Source: Trichoplax sp. H2
Taxonomy: Eukaryota
Length of the DNA: 64,000 bases
Assembly: GCA_003344405.1 (NCBI GenBank)
Contig: NOWV01000104.1
Coordinates: forward strand, 124,001-188,000
Direction of reading: 5' to 3'
Shown here: piece after piece, positions 1 through 11,100 of the stretch
Layout of the letters: every line of letters begins with the position of its first letter
How positions within the stretch are numbered: the first letter of the stretch is position 1
The notes under the pieces: model-generated
What the model saw: the letters and a program-made list of their open reading frames with translations, nothing else
What the model was told of the DNA's origin: nothing
Database searches by the model: none
Made by a program: the position numbers and the translations under genes

Positions 1-1275
1 TATCAATGGGATTTGAGATATAATATTATGAAATTATCATTGACGATCTGTTAAGTCAATATAAATCAATTATTTCGAAATAATTTCTAGATTGTCCTAT
101 TCAATGCCATTACTGACGCAGGAAGTAAAATTAATGAAGATAAATATACAGTACCTTTCAATGTTTCTTCAACTACTTCAACTACGCGGTCAATTTGTTG
201 AACCTAATTTGGTTATGGTCAGTTACACGTATGTCAATGTAAAAATCTTTTAAGGTACTGCATACGTTATTAGTAAAAGGTATAATAGGTTTGCGTAGAA
301 ATTGTCGTATACAAATTCAAATAGTGCATGTTTACCCCTACTACACTTATACCATCCATTAAGGGGTGCCTTTTTTGACCTTGAGGAACACAACCGGCCA
401 AAACCAGATACTTTTTTAACTCCTTCGCCTTCCGAATATCATTATAAAAGCTGTCTTCAGCTGGATTTTTGACAGCGCAGCTATTCAACAACCATAAATC
501 AGCTTCTTCTGGTATTTCTGCGTACGAATATTTCAATAATACCATGCAAGTGCAAACGAAAGTGGTAAACATCAGACAACGTTAGCAAGGAGAAGATTAA
601 TATTTGGAAGATATCAATTACCCTCAGAATCAAGATTACAAGAAGTGATATTGTACGTACTGTACTTCTACAGTATTTAACGAGAATGAACTACTGTACG
701 TAGATGCAAGATGCTCCTTGGCACCTCGTTCATCACTATAAGATACAAAATTGACAGCAAACTTCCCTATCGATTTGGTACGTCAGTGAATTATACATGT
801 ACTATCTATTCAATGTGTAATATTTGCTAACTAAACAAGTAAACATTAGAATATGCACTTCGGAATACAGTATTAGTGCTATACATATGTTTATACGCGT
901 AGATTATAGTACGTACGCGTATTCTAGTTTATCGATATGACCTCAGCATGCATACAACTATCTCAATATCCTACCAGTGATTTTATATCCATAACTGCTC
1001 AATTGACCGGCCATATATTCACCATCAGATTTGTTATGTGAACATCCCCAAGTACGGATGTAGATACCTTGTGTTCCAGGGATGATACTGTCTCCAACAG
1101 CTTTTTCATCCACCTCGACATTGGAATCGCTCTTACCTTGTCGTTTAGATGGACGCGATCGTAATTTCACATTATTTCTTGATATTTTTGATCTTACATC
1201 AACAGAATACGATTCCTCTTTGGAGATTAAATCTTCGATATCTTCTACTGCGTTCCTTTGGCTATCTACGGACAT
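1..1275 (-). CDS. CDKAL1: Threonylcarbamoyladenosine tRNA methylthiotransferase (radical SAM); 5' part only, continues past the left edge
   Basis: Exons 1275-975, 517-336 and 203-155 join in frame with GT-AG boundaries. They give [54 protein letters not shown] and [18 protein letters not shown], the UPF0004 N-terminal domain of CDKAL1. Confidence 0.95.
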
Positions 1276-1454
1276 TTTAAGTGAAGTTTTACCCTAAGTA
1301 ATTTACATGTTATGCAGTCCACTTGTTCCAAAATGTGGAAAAGAATGCCGAAAGGAATTCGCTGCAGTAGTTTGCCTTGAGCTTCGGTGCAGCGGAAGAG
1401 ATTGTAACCGACAGTACAGAGAGCAAGCTGGTTGGCCAGATACCGCTACAATTG

Positions 1455-1985
1455 CTACAGTACAGTACATTCATTGTGCACAGTGGTCAAATGCTACAGT
1501 ACAGTTCAATGTGTTGTACTGTACATTGTACACTGTACTGTATGTCTGTACCCTCCATCTGTGCACTGCACAAATAGAATTTCCTATCCACTGTACGGTA
1601 TACAGTACTGTAAACCACTGCTACAGGGGCGTGGCAAGCCCTCTACAGTACAATGGTTGAAAGATGTTCAGCGTTGCCTTAAATATGTCTTTCAATTGTG
1701 AAGAAATGGACTTTAAATTTGGCTCGAATTCCATGTAGACAGATCTGTACAACCTTGAGCAATTGGCTTTTGATATTTTGATTACTTTTTATCGTACTAT
1801 TGAATAATTCTATTTCTTTCGAGCTTCTAATACAAACTATCAGTCGCTGTTACACGTACGGTCGCTCCAACCATTTTACAAGTCAAGTCGTAATGCCGGT
1901 CTACTGTACAGTACAGTATATAGACTCTACATTGTACTGTACAGTATACAGTACTATACTGTACTGTACAGTATGTACTGTTTTG
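1455..1985. repeat. (TACAG/CTGTA)n palindromic low-complexity arrays (about 1455-1655 and 1900-1985) between divergent CDKAL1 and sirtuin starts
   Basis: Read directly, e.g. ctactgtacagtacagtatatagactctacattgtactgtacagtatacagtactatactgtactgtacagtatgtactg at 1901-1980. Confidence 0.9.
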
Positions 1986-2040
1986 TTGATTAAGGTTAAT
2001 CAATTCTAACAAGCGATAAGAACAATTCTACCATAGTAGT

Positions 2041-3057
2041 ATGATGGCGAACCAGGAAAGCGTTGAGGATAGCTTAGGAAAATTATATTTATCCCAAGAA
2101 GGTGATGATAACTCAAAGTCGACGAAGGAGGACAATCTTGAATCTATTGCCCAATTGATTAAGTCGAAAGAATGTAAAAATATCATTGTTATGACTGGAG
2201 CTGGCTTATCAACTGCAGCTGGTATTCCCGATTTTCGATCACCTGATATTGGATTATTTACCAAAGTGATGCAAAAATATCAAGTGACAAGCCCGGAATT
2301 GGTGTTTAGTATCGATTATTTTCACGAAAATCCATCTGTATTTTATGAAATGTCTCGTGGAATGACTGAAACAGATTATAAACCTACCATAGCTCATTAT
2401 TTCTTAAAGTTATTAGCTGATAAGAATTTACTCTTGCGACATTATACACAAAATGTTGATGGATTAGATTTAGCAGCCGGTTTATCCGAAGATAAAGTGG
2501 TCACCGCTCATGGTACTATGTACACCGCACATTGTACAACTTCAGAATGCCATACCAAGTATACTTTGGAATGGTTGAAACAACAATTATTAAAAACTCC
2601 AGATATTACCGTACCACGTTGTGATAAATGTCAGGGCGTAATAAAGCCCGATGTTGTCCTTTATGGTGAACAGCTGCCAAATAAATTCTTTACTATGCGA
2701 TCTGCTGATTTCCCAAATTGTGACTTACTGATTATAATGGGAACTTCGTTGAAAGTCGAACCGTTTGCATCGTTAGTTGAACACGTTCCAGAGCATGCTC
2801 CACGCTTGTTGATCAATTTAGAAAAAACTGGCCAAGATCATGGTATGTTTAGTCGATCACCTAGTCAAATTGGTGGAATGGTTAAGCACCTTCTTGGATG
2901 GAATTCCAATCGGAAAGATATATTTTGGAAAGGAAGTTGTGATGATGGTTGCTTGAAACTTGCAGATTTACTTGGTTGGAAGCAGGAGTTGTTAAAGTTG
3001 AAAGAAGACCAACAAAAGAAACCAAGCCAAGATACTCTACCGAACGTTAAATTGTAA
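2041..3057 (+). CDS. SIRT2: NAD-dependent deacylase, class I sirtuin (SIRT2-like), single exon, 338 aa
   Basis: Contains GAGLSTAAGIPDFRS, YTQNVDGL, catalytic AHG, a Zn ribbon (CTTSEC...CDKC), GTSLKVEPFASL, PRLLINLEK and the SIRT2-type C-terminal CDDGCLKLADLLGW. Confidence 0.92.
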   Translation: MMANQESVEDSLGKLYLSQEGDDNSKSTKEDNLESIAQLIKSKECKNIIVMTGAGLSTAAGIPDFRSPDIGLFTKVMQKYQVTSPELVFSIDYFHENPSVFYEMSRGMTETDYKPTIAHYFLKLLADKNLLLRHYTQNVDGLDLAAGLSEDKVVTAHGTMYTAHCTTSECHTKYTLEWLKQQLLKTPDITVPRCDKCQGVIKPDVVLYGEQLPNKFFTMRSADFPNCDLLIIMGTSLKVEPFASLVEHVPEHAPRLLINLEKTGQDHGMFSRSPSQIGGMVKHLLGWNSNRKDIFWKGSCDDGCLKLADLLGWKQELLKLKEDQQKKPSQDTLPNVKL

Positions 3058-5520
3058 TCGTATTTCGTATATAATACAACATCGTACTTTCCTTGGTCGT
3101 GATTTATTTCACTGTATTGCTTTAATCTTATTATTGCATATACAGTAAATATGAGATTTAAATCATGCACGCACAGTGAGAACTAATGCCAGTTGCGTTA
3201 AATTGAAACAGTAGACTGAAATACTAGTAGGATTTTATTTTTAAGTTGATTGAATAGATTTTATTACCTATTGCATCATATAGAACTATACATTCAAGTT
3301 TGGGTTACATCAACCGCGTCTAAATAAGTTTTCCTAACGTCTGCAAAAGGAACTTGAATAAAATCTCAGATTAATTCATCAATGGCACCTCTAGATAGAA
3401 TATTCGTACATACTAATGAAAGAGAAATACTGCATTTAAATGCGGTATTGATTATAGGCGTATATTATTATTATTACTTTACAGGTGATTTTTATACTGA
3501 TTTCTTATATCTTAGAAATAGTAATTTTACCATCTGCTATTATATATCTAATACTGTGATACAGTCTAATGTATGAATAACGATATCGGCTACATGTATG
3601 ATATTTATATCAACTATAGATTTTATGTTTCCATTTGATTCATTACGTTATCAATTATAATAAATGTACCTGCTATAAATGTAACTAATACAGTACGTAT
3701 TTGTTACTGTATTTATAAAAGCTTAAAATGACACTTTTGCATTTGAATATCTACTATTGTAATGATGTCATCTTGCAAATATTAATAGACTAAAATGAGA
3801 TCAATAAATTCTTGAAAAATTTACAAACTTTTATATTCAAGTAAAAATTAGATGGTTTTAATCAATCACAACTGAACGGAATACATTTCGTGTAAACTTA
3901 GCACGCAAGCATTGAACAGTTACCGCAAACTATTCCAGTTGAAGTGTAAGCAATTATTCGCATATGTAATTCTTTAGTTAGATTGGCATGATTTTAAAGT
4001 GTAAAAATAACTTACTAAAAATTATTTGAGGAAGCAATCTGACTTAGTTAATCCTGTTTGTATAGACAGCCGATACTTTGGCCATACAAAAATTGAGGCA
4101 TACTTAGCTGTAGTCTCGCATCTAGTACCTACACATATGCAATTATAGTTAAGTAACATTCATTTCTAAGACGAGAATTATTTACAGTTTAGCGAAATGA
4201 ACCCCATTCACAATATTGCAAGACACCATAGCGACCGGTGTATAAAAAATTGTAACTTCTTAACATCAATTATTGAAATATGGTATAATTATGCCCGTAT
4301 CCTGCTAATTTTTAAGAATGAATGATAACATGTTTATATAGCGCTTTCCATCTTGTATGAATGTTGTAATTTAACAGATCATTGCACTATCGGAATTACC
4401 AAGTATCCTGAAGTATTAAATCATTGAAAATCACCTCCAATACAAAGTAGAATTACGCTTATAAAACATAACAATGTTTGCATTTAGGTCGACCACATGT
4501 TACAATCTGTGTGACAAATTATCACGATAAGCTTATTCGAAATGACAATAGTAAAAGATCTTGATTTTGTTTTAATTTATCATTTATGAAAAAGCATGCT
4601 TATAATATAGCCTTTCAGCGAATTTAGTGACAGGTGAATATATTTTCGTTACAATATAATGATAATACTTTGAATCTTTTTCTTCAGGTTCACAGCTGGT
4701 TATACTATCTAGCAAAGATTTACCGTTATGTTAGATATATGTATCTTTAAGACAGCTGTGCGTACACTGACTGGCGTTCAAGCTTTTCACATCAAAGCGT
4801 TACTTATAACCAATTAAGTTAGCTATGCTATTACAAGTACATTACTTGTGTCCTATCCTTAATAACAATCATAATCCAGAAAGACGTTTTACAGTAAAAA
4901 TGAAGCATATTAAATACTCAACATAGATCAGTTTTTCTTAAACTAGTAGTTGGCCACAGTACAATAACTCATATTTGTGTAAGCACAACGAGAGCTCAAT
5001 ATTGATTTACATATTTCTTATGTTGATAGTTGCTCCTTAAAGAAGACAAGCAATAAGATAGCAATCTATTCTTGTGTTTACAAAATCTTACACCGTTTTT
5101 TGGCACAATATTAGAAATTCATTCGATAAGTAGTGATGAATATACAGTACCGCAAAATAAAATCATCTTCTATATAGATTAAAAAGGATTGCATAAAAAT
5201 GAGCTCCTACTATTACAAGCTGACAAAATTTTAAGCGATTACGTTCAATTACGGGAAGTTGAGAATAATGAATATCTAGGTGTGGAATCAGTTTTAATTT
5301 TGATTTCATATAAGTGTAACGTAGTTATAAATCTCTGATCTTGAATCCACATTATATCTATTTTTTTTAAATATCAAGAGCACTAAGTTCTTGAAGTAGC
5401 TGCGTGAAAGATTTCTGCAATAACCACATCGCAGCTCCTAACAAGGGGCTAAATTTATTTAGTAAGCAAGAATACAATTAACGCTCGTTACAGTGACAGT
5501 AAAAATACTTTGCAAGACTG

Positions 5521-6315
5521 TTATTGGTCTTGATCTTTCTTTAATGTTTTTTCTCGTTTTACTTTTTCTAAAAGGGACACAGCCATTTTCTCTGCTTCAG
5601 CATCTTTACGAATAATTGCATCCTGACGATGTTGTTCTAAGAATAGTTGTAATTGTTTATGAGGCCCGTTTTTGCGTGCAGTGTCAGTAATCTCTTTATG
5701 CAATGCGACGATTCGATTATTGTTGTCTTCTTTTCTTTTCCTAATGATCTCTCCGCCTACAGTGGCTATGAAATAATGTATAATTACACCGACTAGAGAT
5801 ATTCCACATAGCCACAAAACTACAATGTAATTTTTCGTTTTGAATATTTTTGGAGGCTTAGCATAGGATTGTTGGCTATTATACCCTTGGAAATTGTTAC
5901 GCCAGTAATGGGGTGGATAAGAGGTGATGTAATGATCAGGCGTACTATGCAACTTAAAATCATAATCTTTACGAGTCGTTGGATCAAGCAGAGTGGTATA
6001 TGCTTCATTTAACTTTACGAAAGTATCATGTTTTACTTTATCACGTGGATGCCAATCCGGATGGCAATCCCTAGATTTCTTAAAATAAGCCGCTTTGATT
6101 TGTTCCTGATTGGCAAATTCAGAGATTCCTAATAGCTCGTAATGAGACTGCCGGTAAACCAAAGAAGAACGTAAATATCGAATGCAGACATACGAAATGG
6201 TATTACAGAGATGCCCTTTCAGTTGATATAAACTGGGCTGAAAGTATACGCCAAGTGTCCTTCGAGAGATACGTGTATTTACATTATTTATGAGATTTGG
6301 CAATCGAAGAAGCAT
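5521..6315 (-). CDS. DnaJ-domain protein with C-terminal transmembrane helix (DNAJC4-like), single-exon ORF, 264 aa
   Basis: J-domain HYELLGISEFANQEQIKAAYFKKSRDCHPD...FVKLNEAYTTLLDPTTRKDYD with HPD intact. Hydrophobic segment YIVVLWLCGISLVGVIIHYFIA; basic, presequence-like N-terminus. Confidence 0.85.
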   Translation of the reverse strand: MLLRLPNLINNVNTRISRRTLGVYFQPSLYQLKGHLCNTISYVCIRYLRSSLVYRQSHYELLGISEFANQEQIKAAYFKKSRDCHPDWHPRDKVKHDTFVKLNEAYTTLLDPTTRKDYDFKLHSTPDHYITSYPPHYWRNNFQGYNSQQSYAKPPKIFKTKNYIVVLWLCGISLVGVIIHYFIATVGGEIIRKRKEDNNNRIVALHKEITDTARKNGPHKQLQLFLEQHRQDAIIRKDAEAEKMAVSLLEKVKREKTLKKDQDQ

Positions 6316-7060
6316 ATTGATTGTTTCTGCCTATTAAATGTGTCATTGCACCTTATATTACATGGACAGTCGTAGTTATTGGTATGAATTATCGCCTAAT
6401 TGCCTATCTTTGTTGAAGGAAAGTGATTTGGAGAATTTACTCTATGAAATTGTAGAGTATCAGATTATGTTCTAATGCAAAGTATACCAAAGTTCAAAAT
6501 TCTTCATTGGCTGATCTTTCTCTATAGTATCGCATATCAATCTATCAATCATGAATAAGAATACATTTTCAATTCATTGACAGCAGGTATACTCGTATGA
6601 GAGTATTCTACAATCATACCATGCAAAATACGATTCTTCATTCCTACCTTAATATCCTAATATTTTAATCATGCTCTAGGTCATTGTTGGAAGTAATTCT
6701 AGGTAATACGGTCATTTCCTCGCAAGTATACGATTGCAATGATACTAGAGAGCAAAATTCTCCCAGGTCGTCTTGATCTTTCCACCAAATGCTTGGTGAT
6801 AACGTTGTCGGAAAGGACCGGCTTAGGCCGCCGTCAGGATGTTCATTTAACCTCAAGGAAGTGCTATGACTGACTAATGACTATGCAGTAGTATGTTGTC
6901 GCGAACACTCTGCACGTCATAATCCTATTACAAGAAATTAGTATTTAGCGAATGTTTCTATCTGTCAGGAGGCCTAAATCAGCACTTCAGCCACTACCCA
7001 CTGTCTACTGTATAGATGAACCGGTCCGAACCGGATCGTTCTCAGGTCTAGTCGTCTAGG

Positions 7061-7937
7061 TACAGTACTGTACAGTAAACCTCTATGGTCCACCGTACCG
7101 TCACAGTACCGTGGTGACAGTGACTGACTGTACTGTACTGTAGACTGTACTGTACAGTGCAGTACAGTACTGTACAGTCCAATAAAGTGTACTGTACAGT
7201 ACTGTATTTTACTGTACATTGTGCATGAGCGTACAGTTTACAGTACTTTACATTGTACATGAGCGTTACCCTGTGTACAGTACAGTGTACAGTACTTTAC
7301 ATTGTGCACAAGCGTACTGTACATTGTACAGTATACAGTACAGTACTGTACAGTACAGTACACATTTGTTACAAGCTGTTGTACTGTACAGTACAGTACT
7401 GTACAATACAACTTGGTCTGGTACTGGATCAAAGTGAGTGAGTACAGTACTGTACACTGTACAGTACTGTAGTTGTCAGCCAATCCCTACAAGAATTTTC
7501 TCTTTAAAAATAAAGTCACTGAGTAGCACAGTTAAACAGTTAGCATCTGGCTAGCAAATAATGATGAAATCCAAGCAGTGACATACTGCGCTGGTGATTG
7601 TTTGGTAAGGTCTGTACCAGAGATTTTCATTTATACCTACTGTATTTAGTATACTAAATCTAGTACAGCACCAGCAAGGACTACAAATATGACGGGAAGA
7701 AGTCCTGACACTGGCCATAGTCACCATACTGTACACTGTACAGTACACTGTACTGTACGTACTGTACTGTGGGCTGAAACATACTGTACTGTAGGCTGAA
7801 ACATACAGTACTGTACGTACTGCAGTACTGAAGCTACTGTACTGTACTGTGCAGTACTGTATACAGTACAAGAGCATAGTGAGGCTGAAGGATACAGTAC
7901 TGTACTGTACATAGCATATACACTCATTGTACAGTAA
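7061..7937. repeat. (TACAG/CTGTA)n palindromic arrays (about 7061-7475 and 7728-7937) between divergent DnaJ and VPS15 starts
   Basis: Dozens of tacagtac/gtactgta units in both orientations, with embedded higher-order repeats. Confidence 0.93.
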
Positions 7938-8109
7938 GGCTGAAGCGATTACTGTGGAATAATATTCTGCGCCTTACGTCACATTAAGTCAAGTCAAGCA
8001 TAGTGGTCATCCTGACATTTTGCTCAATTTTACCTTGGTCTTCAAGTCTCTTTTCCTATCTATGACACAAGGAATCCACCATAATTGATTATAGGACTTT
8101 CAAGCCGAC

Positions 8110-11100
8110 ATGGGCAATCAATTGTCTAGTTTGGCACCATCCCAGATACTTTCTGTCGATCACTATCTATCCGACCTACCGCAATATCATTATGAAAAAA
8201 GGTAACATTAGACAAATCGCAATGGTGGTCATTCTTGATGGCTATACAGTAATCTCGACTGACTAATAGTACAAGCTAGACAAACAGGGCTAAAATAGAT
8301 TACTTCTGTGAATAAATCGGATGCAATCAATAGCAAGTGCCAGTCAAGTGTTGCATTGATATAAATCTATAAAATAGAAGTTAGAAATTGTCTGATAGAG
8401 GTAATCTTCAGCTAGGTATTCTATCCGTCTACTCATTGATTTAGTCAAAAACAGATTCCGAAGCCACTTTGGTATCGTCTACTACGAGTATATCAATGTT
8501 ATATATATATATATATATATGTATATATACTGTAGTTATAAAAGACGAATAACACGATCTACTGTACAACTTGGTATCACATTCGTTCTGTATACTTAAA
8601 TACAATTGAACATAAAGCTTTAGTTTAATGTCCAGTAACGTCTTAATTTCAAGAAATACCCGTCTGAATACGTTGATGTAATTGAGACATTCGCTTTTAT
8701 CGACGTGGTATGTCTTAAAATCAGTAGGATTGGAAACTTGTATTTATCAATAGCTAAGAATTAGACAGTAAGAATAACTGATATTAACATTGGTGTGTTA
8801 TACCGTATCTAGTTTTGCTTGACTAATTCTACTGCTATTTTGATATACAATCAACTACAGTGTTAGAGTGTATCAGTGTTACTGTCTTTACTTTCGTTGT
8901 TGTGACTCAAGTCAAACTACAAATTGTACTATTTCTTCATAATCACTCGTATATTGACAGTAACCAATCTGAAATTGTACAAGTATGTAATGATCCTTGC
9001 TCTTAATTACGGCTTATCGCAATATCACGTGCAGCATTGCTGATTTGATTGCCGTACAATTCCGATACTCCTCTAATGAATGAATATAGTCGTAAAGCAT
9101 GGTATACCTACTGCATAATTATCGCTTACTAAAATACGCAACAGCAGAAGTGATTCTGTATCTGTTACATTGATCAGATATCCCTTATTAAAATAATATA
9201 TTAGAGAAGTACGATGCATTCATTTACAGATTATGTTGTATGTATTGGATACAGTATCTATGGCTGTAAAATAAACCCAAGTTTTATCGACATTTAAAAT
9301 AACTAAACTGTTGTATGTTTTTGGATTTACTTGACTTTTACTTATAGCTTGGGCAGCACTAGATTCTTCAAGGTGGCTAAAGCAAGATATAAGTAAGTGG
9401 GCTACATTCCTGCATCCCTCTTTAAACGGCTAACGTTATGACTGTATACACGTGTAGAATACTGCACATAGATAGCTTATTTGTATAGCTTGACTCAGAA
9501 GATGATCCATAGGATAATTTTAAACATAAACCATTAGTATATTTCGTTATTATAATATCGCTATGTGTAACGTTAAATATACATGTAATACCAAGTTCGA
9601 TTTTTTTAATTTGATTTCAATCTAGTTTTTGTCACTAACTATATTAGAGCTAGTATTACTTGAGTAGAGTATGATGTTATGCCAATGTAAGACTGTTTCC
9701 AAGATACCTAATTACTTAAGTTAGGCTTGTTATTCCATGTGGAAAGTTAATGATAATCTTTGACAATGAAGCTAATTCCCCGAAAGATAATTAGAGCTAT
9801 GTTAAATATTGATAAAATTTATTCGCCTCGATGACATATCGAGATATCTTGGAAATTAACTGATACTGAGCTAGGTATGTATGATTTTATTATTGCGACT
9901 ATATATCAGTAATAGCTCTTTTCATTTTATAAACAAAGGGGTGGCCTCACGGTAGTAAAAGTCTTTGCTTTACCGGATGCTCAACTACCCATGAAGTTTT
10001 TTCAAGATAAAGTGCACGGTATGAATGAGTAATATCACTTGATGTTATATTTCAAATTAGACCAGTCGTGAAGCAACTTTCTCATATCGTATGATAGAAT
10101 AAGTATTAAAACTGTTTTGTGATCTAATCTGACTGCTATTATGCAAGATGATAAATACATTTTGCATTAAGTAATAATATATTTACTATGGAAACTACCT
10201 TATAGAAACTCGAGGAAAATTAAATGGTTGTGCTAGTCTCTTGCCGTTCCAACGAACTATGGTAAATTGAAAAATTTGCTTACTTATAATCGTAGAATAT
10301 CTGTTTCAGATTTCGTATGATAATATTATGGTTCACATTAGACCTGGATTTTATTTATAATCTGTTTTTAGATATCAGACAGAGCTGCATTCCTGATCAG
10401 GCAATATATGAAATATACGCTTTACGATAGAATAAGGTATACCAAAATGCGAAATTTTAAATAGTAAAGTTTCTTAATTTACTTATTCGCACCCTTATCG
10501 TTATCTCAGTACCAGGCCATTCTTAAGCGATATTGAAAAGAAATGGATAGCTTTTCAACTATTAACAGCAGTTAAACAAATGCACAGCAGGAATGTAAGC
10601 CAATTTATGTTCAATTACCCTATAACTCATATTTTGTTAAATACAGTTTTAAATAGGTGTTGTTATCATCCATTCAGATAACTTTAATTTTAAAATCTTA
10701 CCACTCAGATTCAGCATGGTGACATCAAAACTGAAAATGTCATGGTTACTAGTTGGAATTGGTACTAACGCAAAATAAAACCTTCATTATTATTACTAGT
10801 TGTCTGCGAAGTAAGTACTTAGGTATACAAGCTTAACAATCTTGGTTTACTTGTTGTAGGGTTATGCTAACTGATTTTGCCTGTTATAAGCCAGTATATC
10901 TCCCCGAGGTAAGCTACTAGTAAATAGTAAATTTACTTTATATCCATTATTTATATCGACATTTTAAAGTCTTACACACTTTTTCTGCCTCTTAGGATAA
11001 TCCTGCAGACTTTTCATACTTTTTCGATACTTCAAGAAGAAGAAGTTGCTACATCGCATGTGAAAGATTTCTGGACAGCACTTTATTTGCTAGATTAGCA

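Noticed and set aside
1307-2012. Overlapping ORFs rich in Y/C/T/V/Q/S (also at 6974-7927 and 38924-39566)
   Set aside because: They are translations of the stop-poor TACAG/CTGTA arrays, open on both strands in several frames, with no domain.
6665-6856. 63-aa ORF in a GC-richer stretch upstream of the DnaJ gene
   Set aside because: TTG start, and no recognisable protein or snRNA, SRP, RNase P or MRP motif; most simply 5' UTR or promoter.
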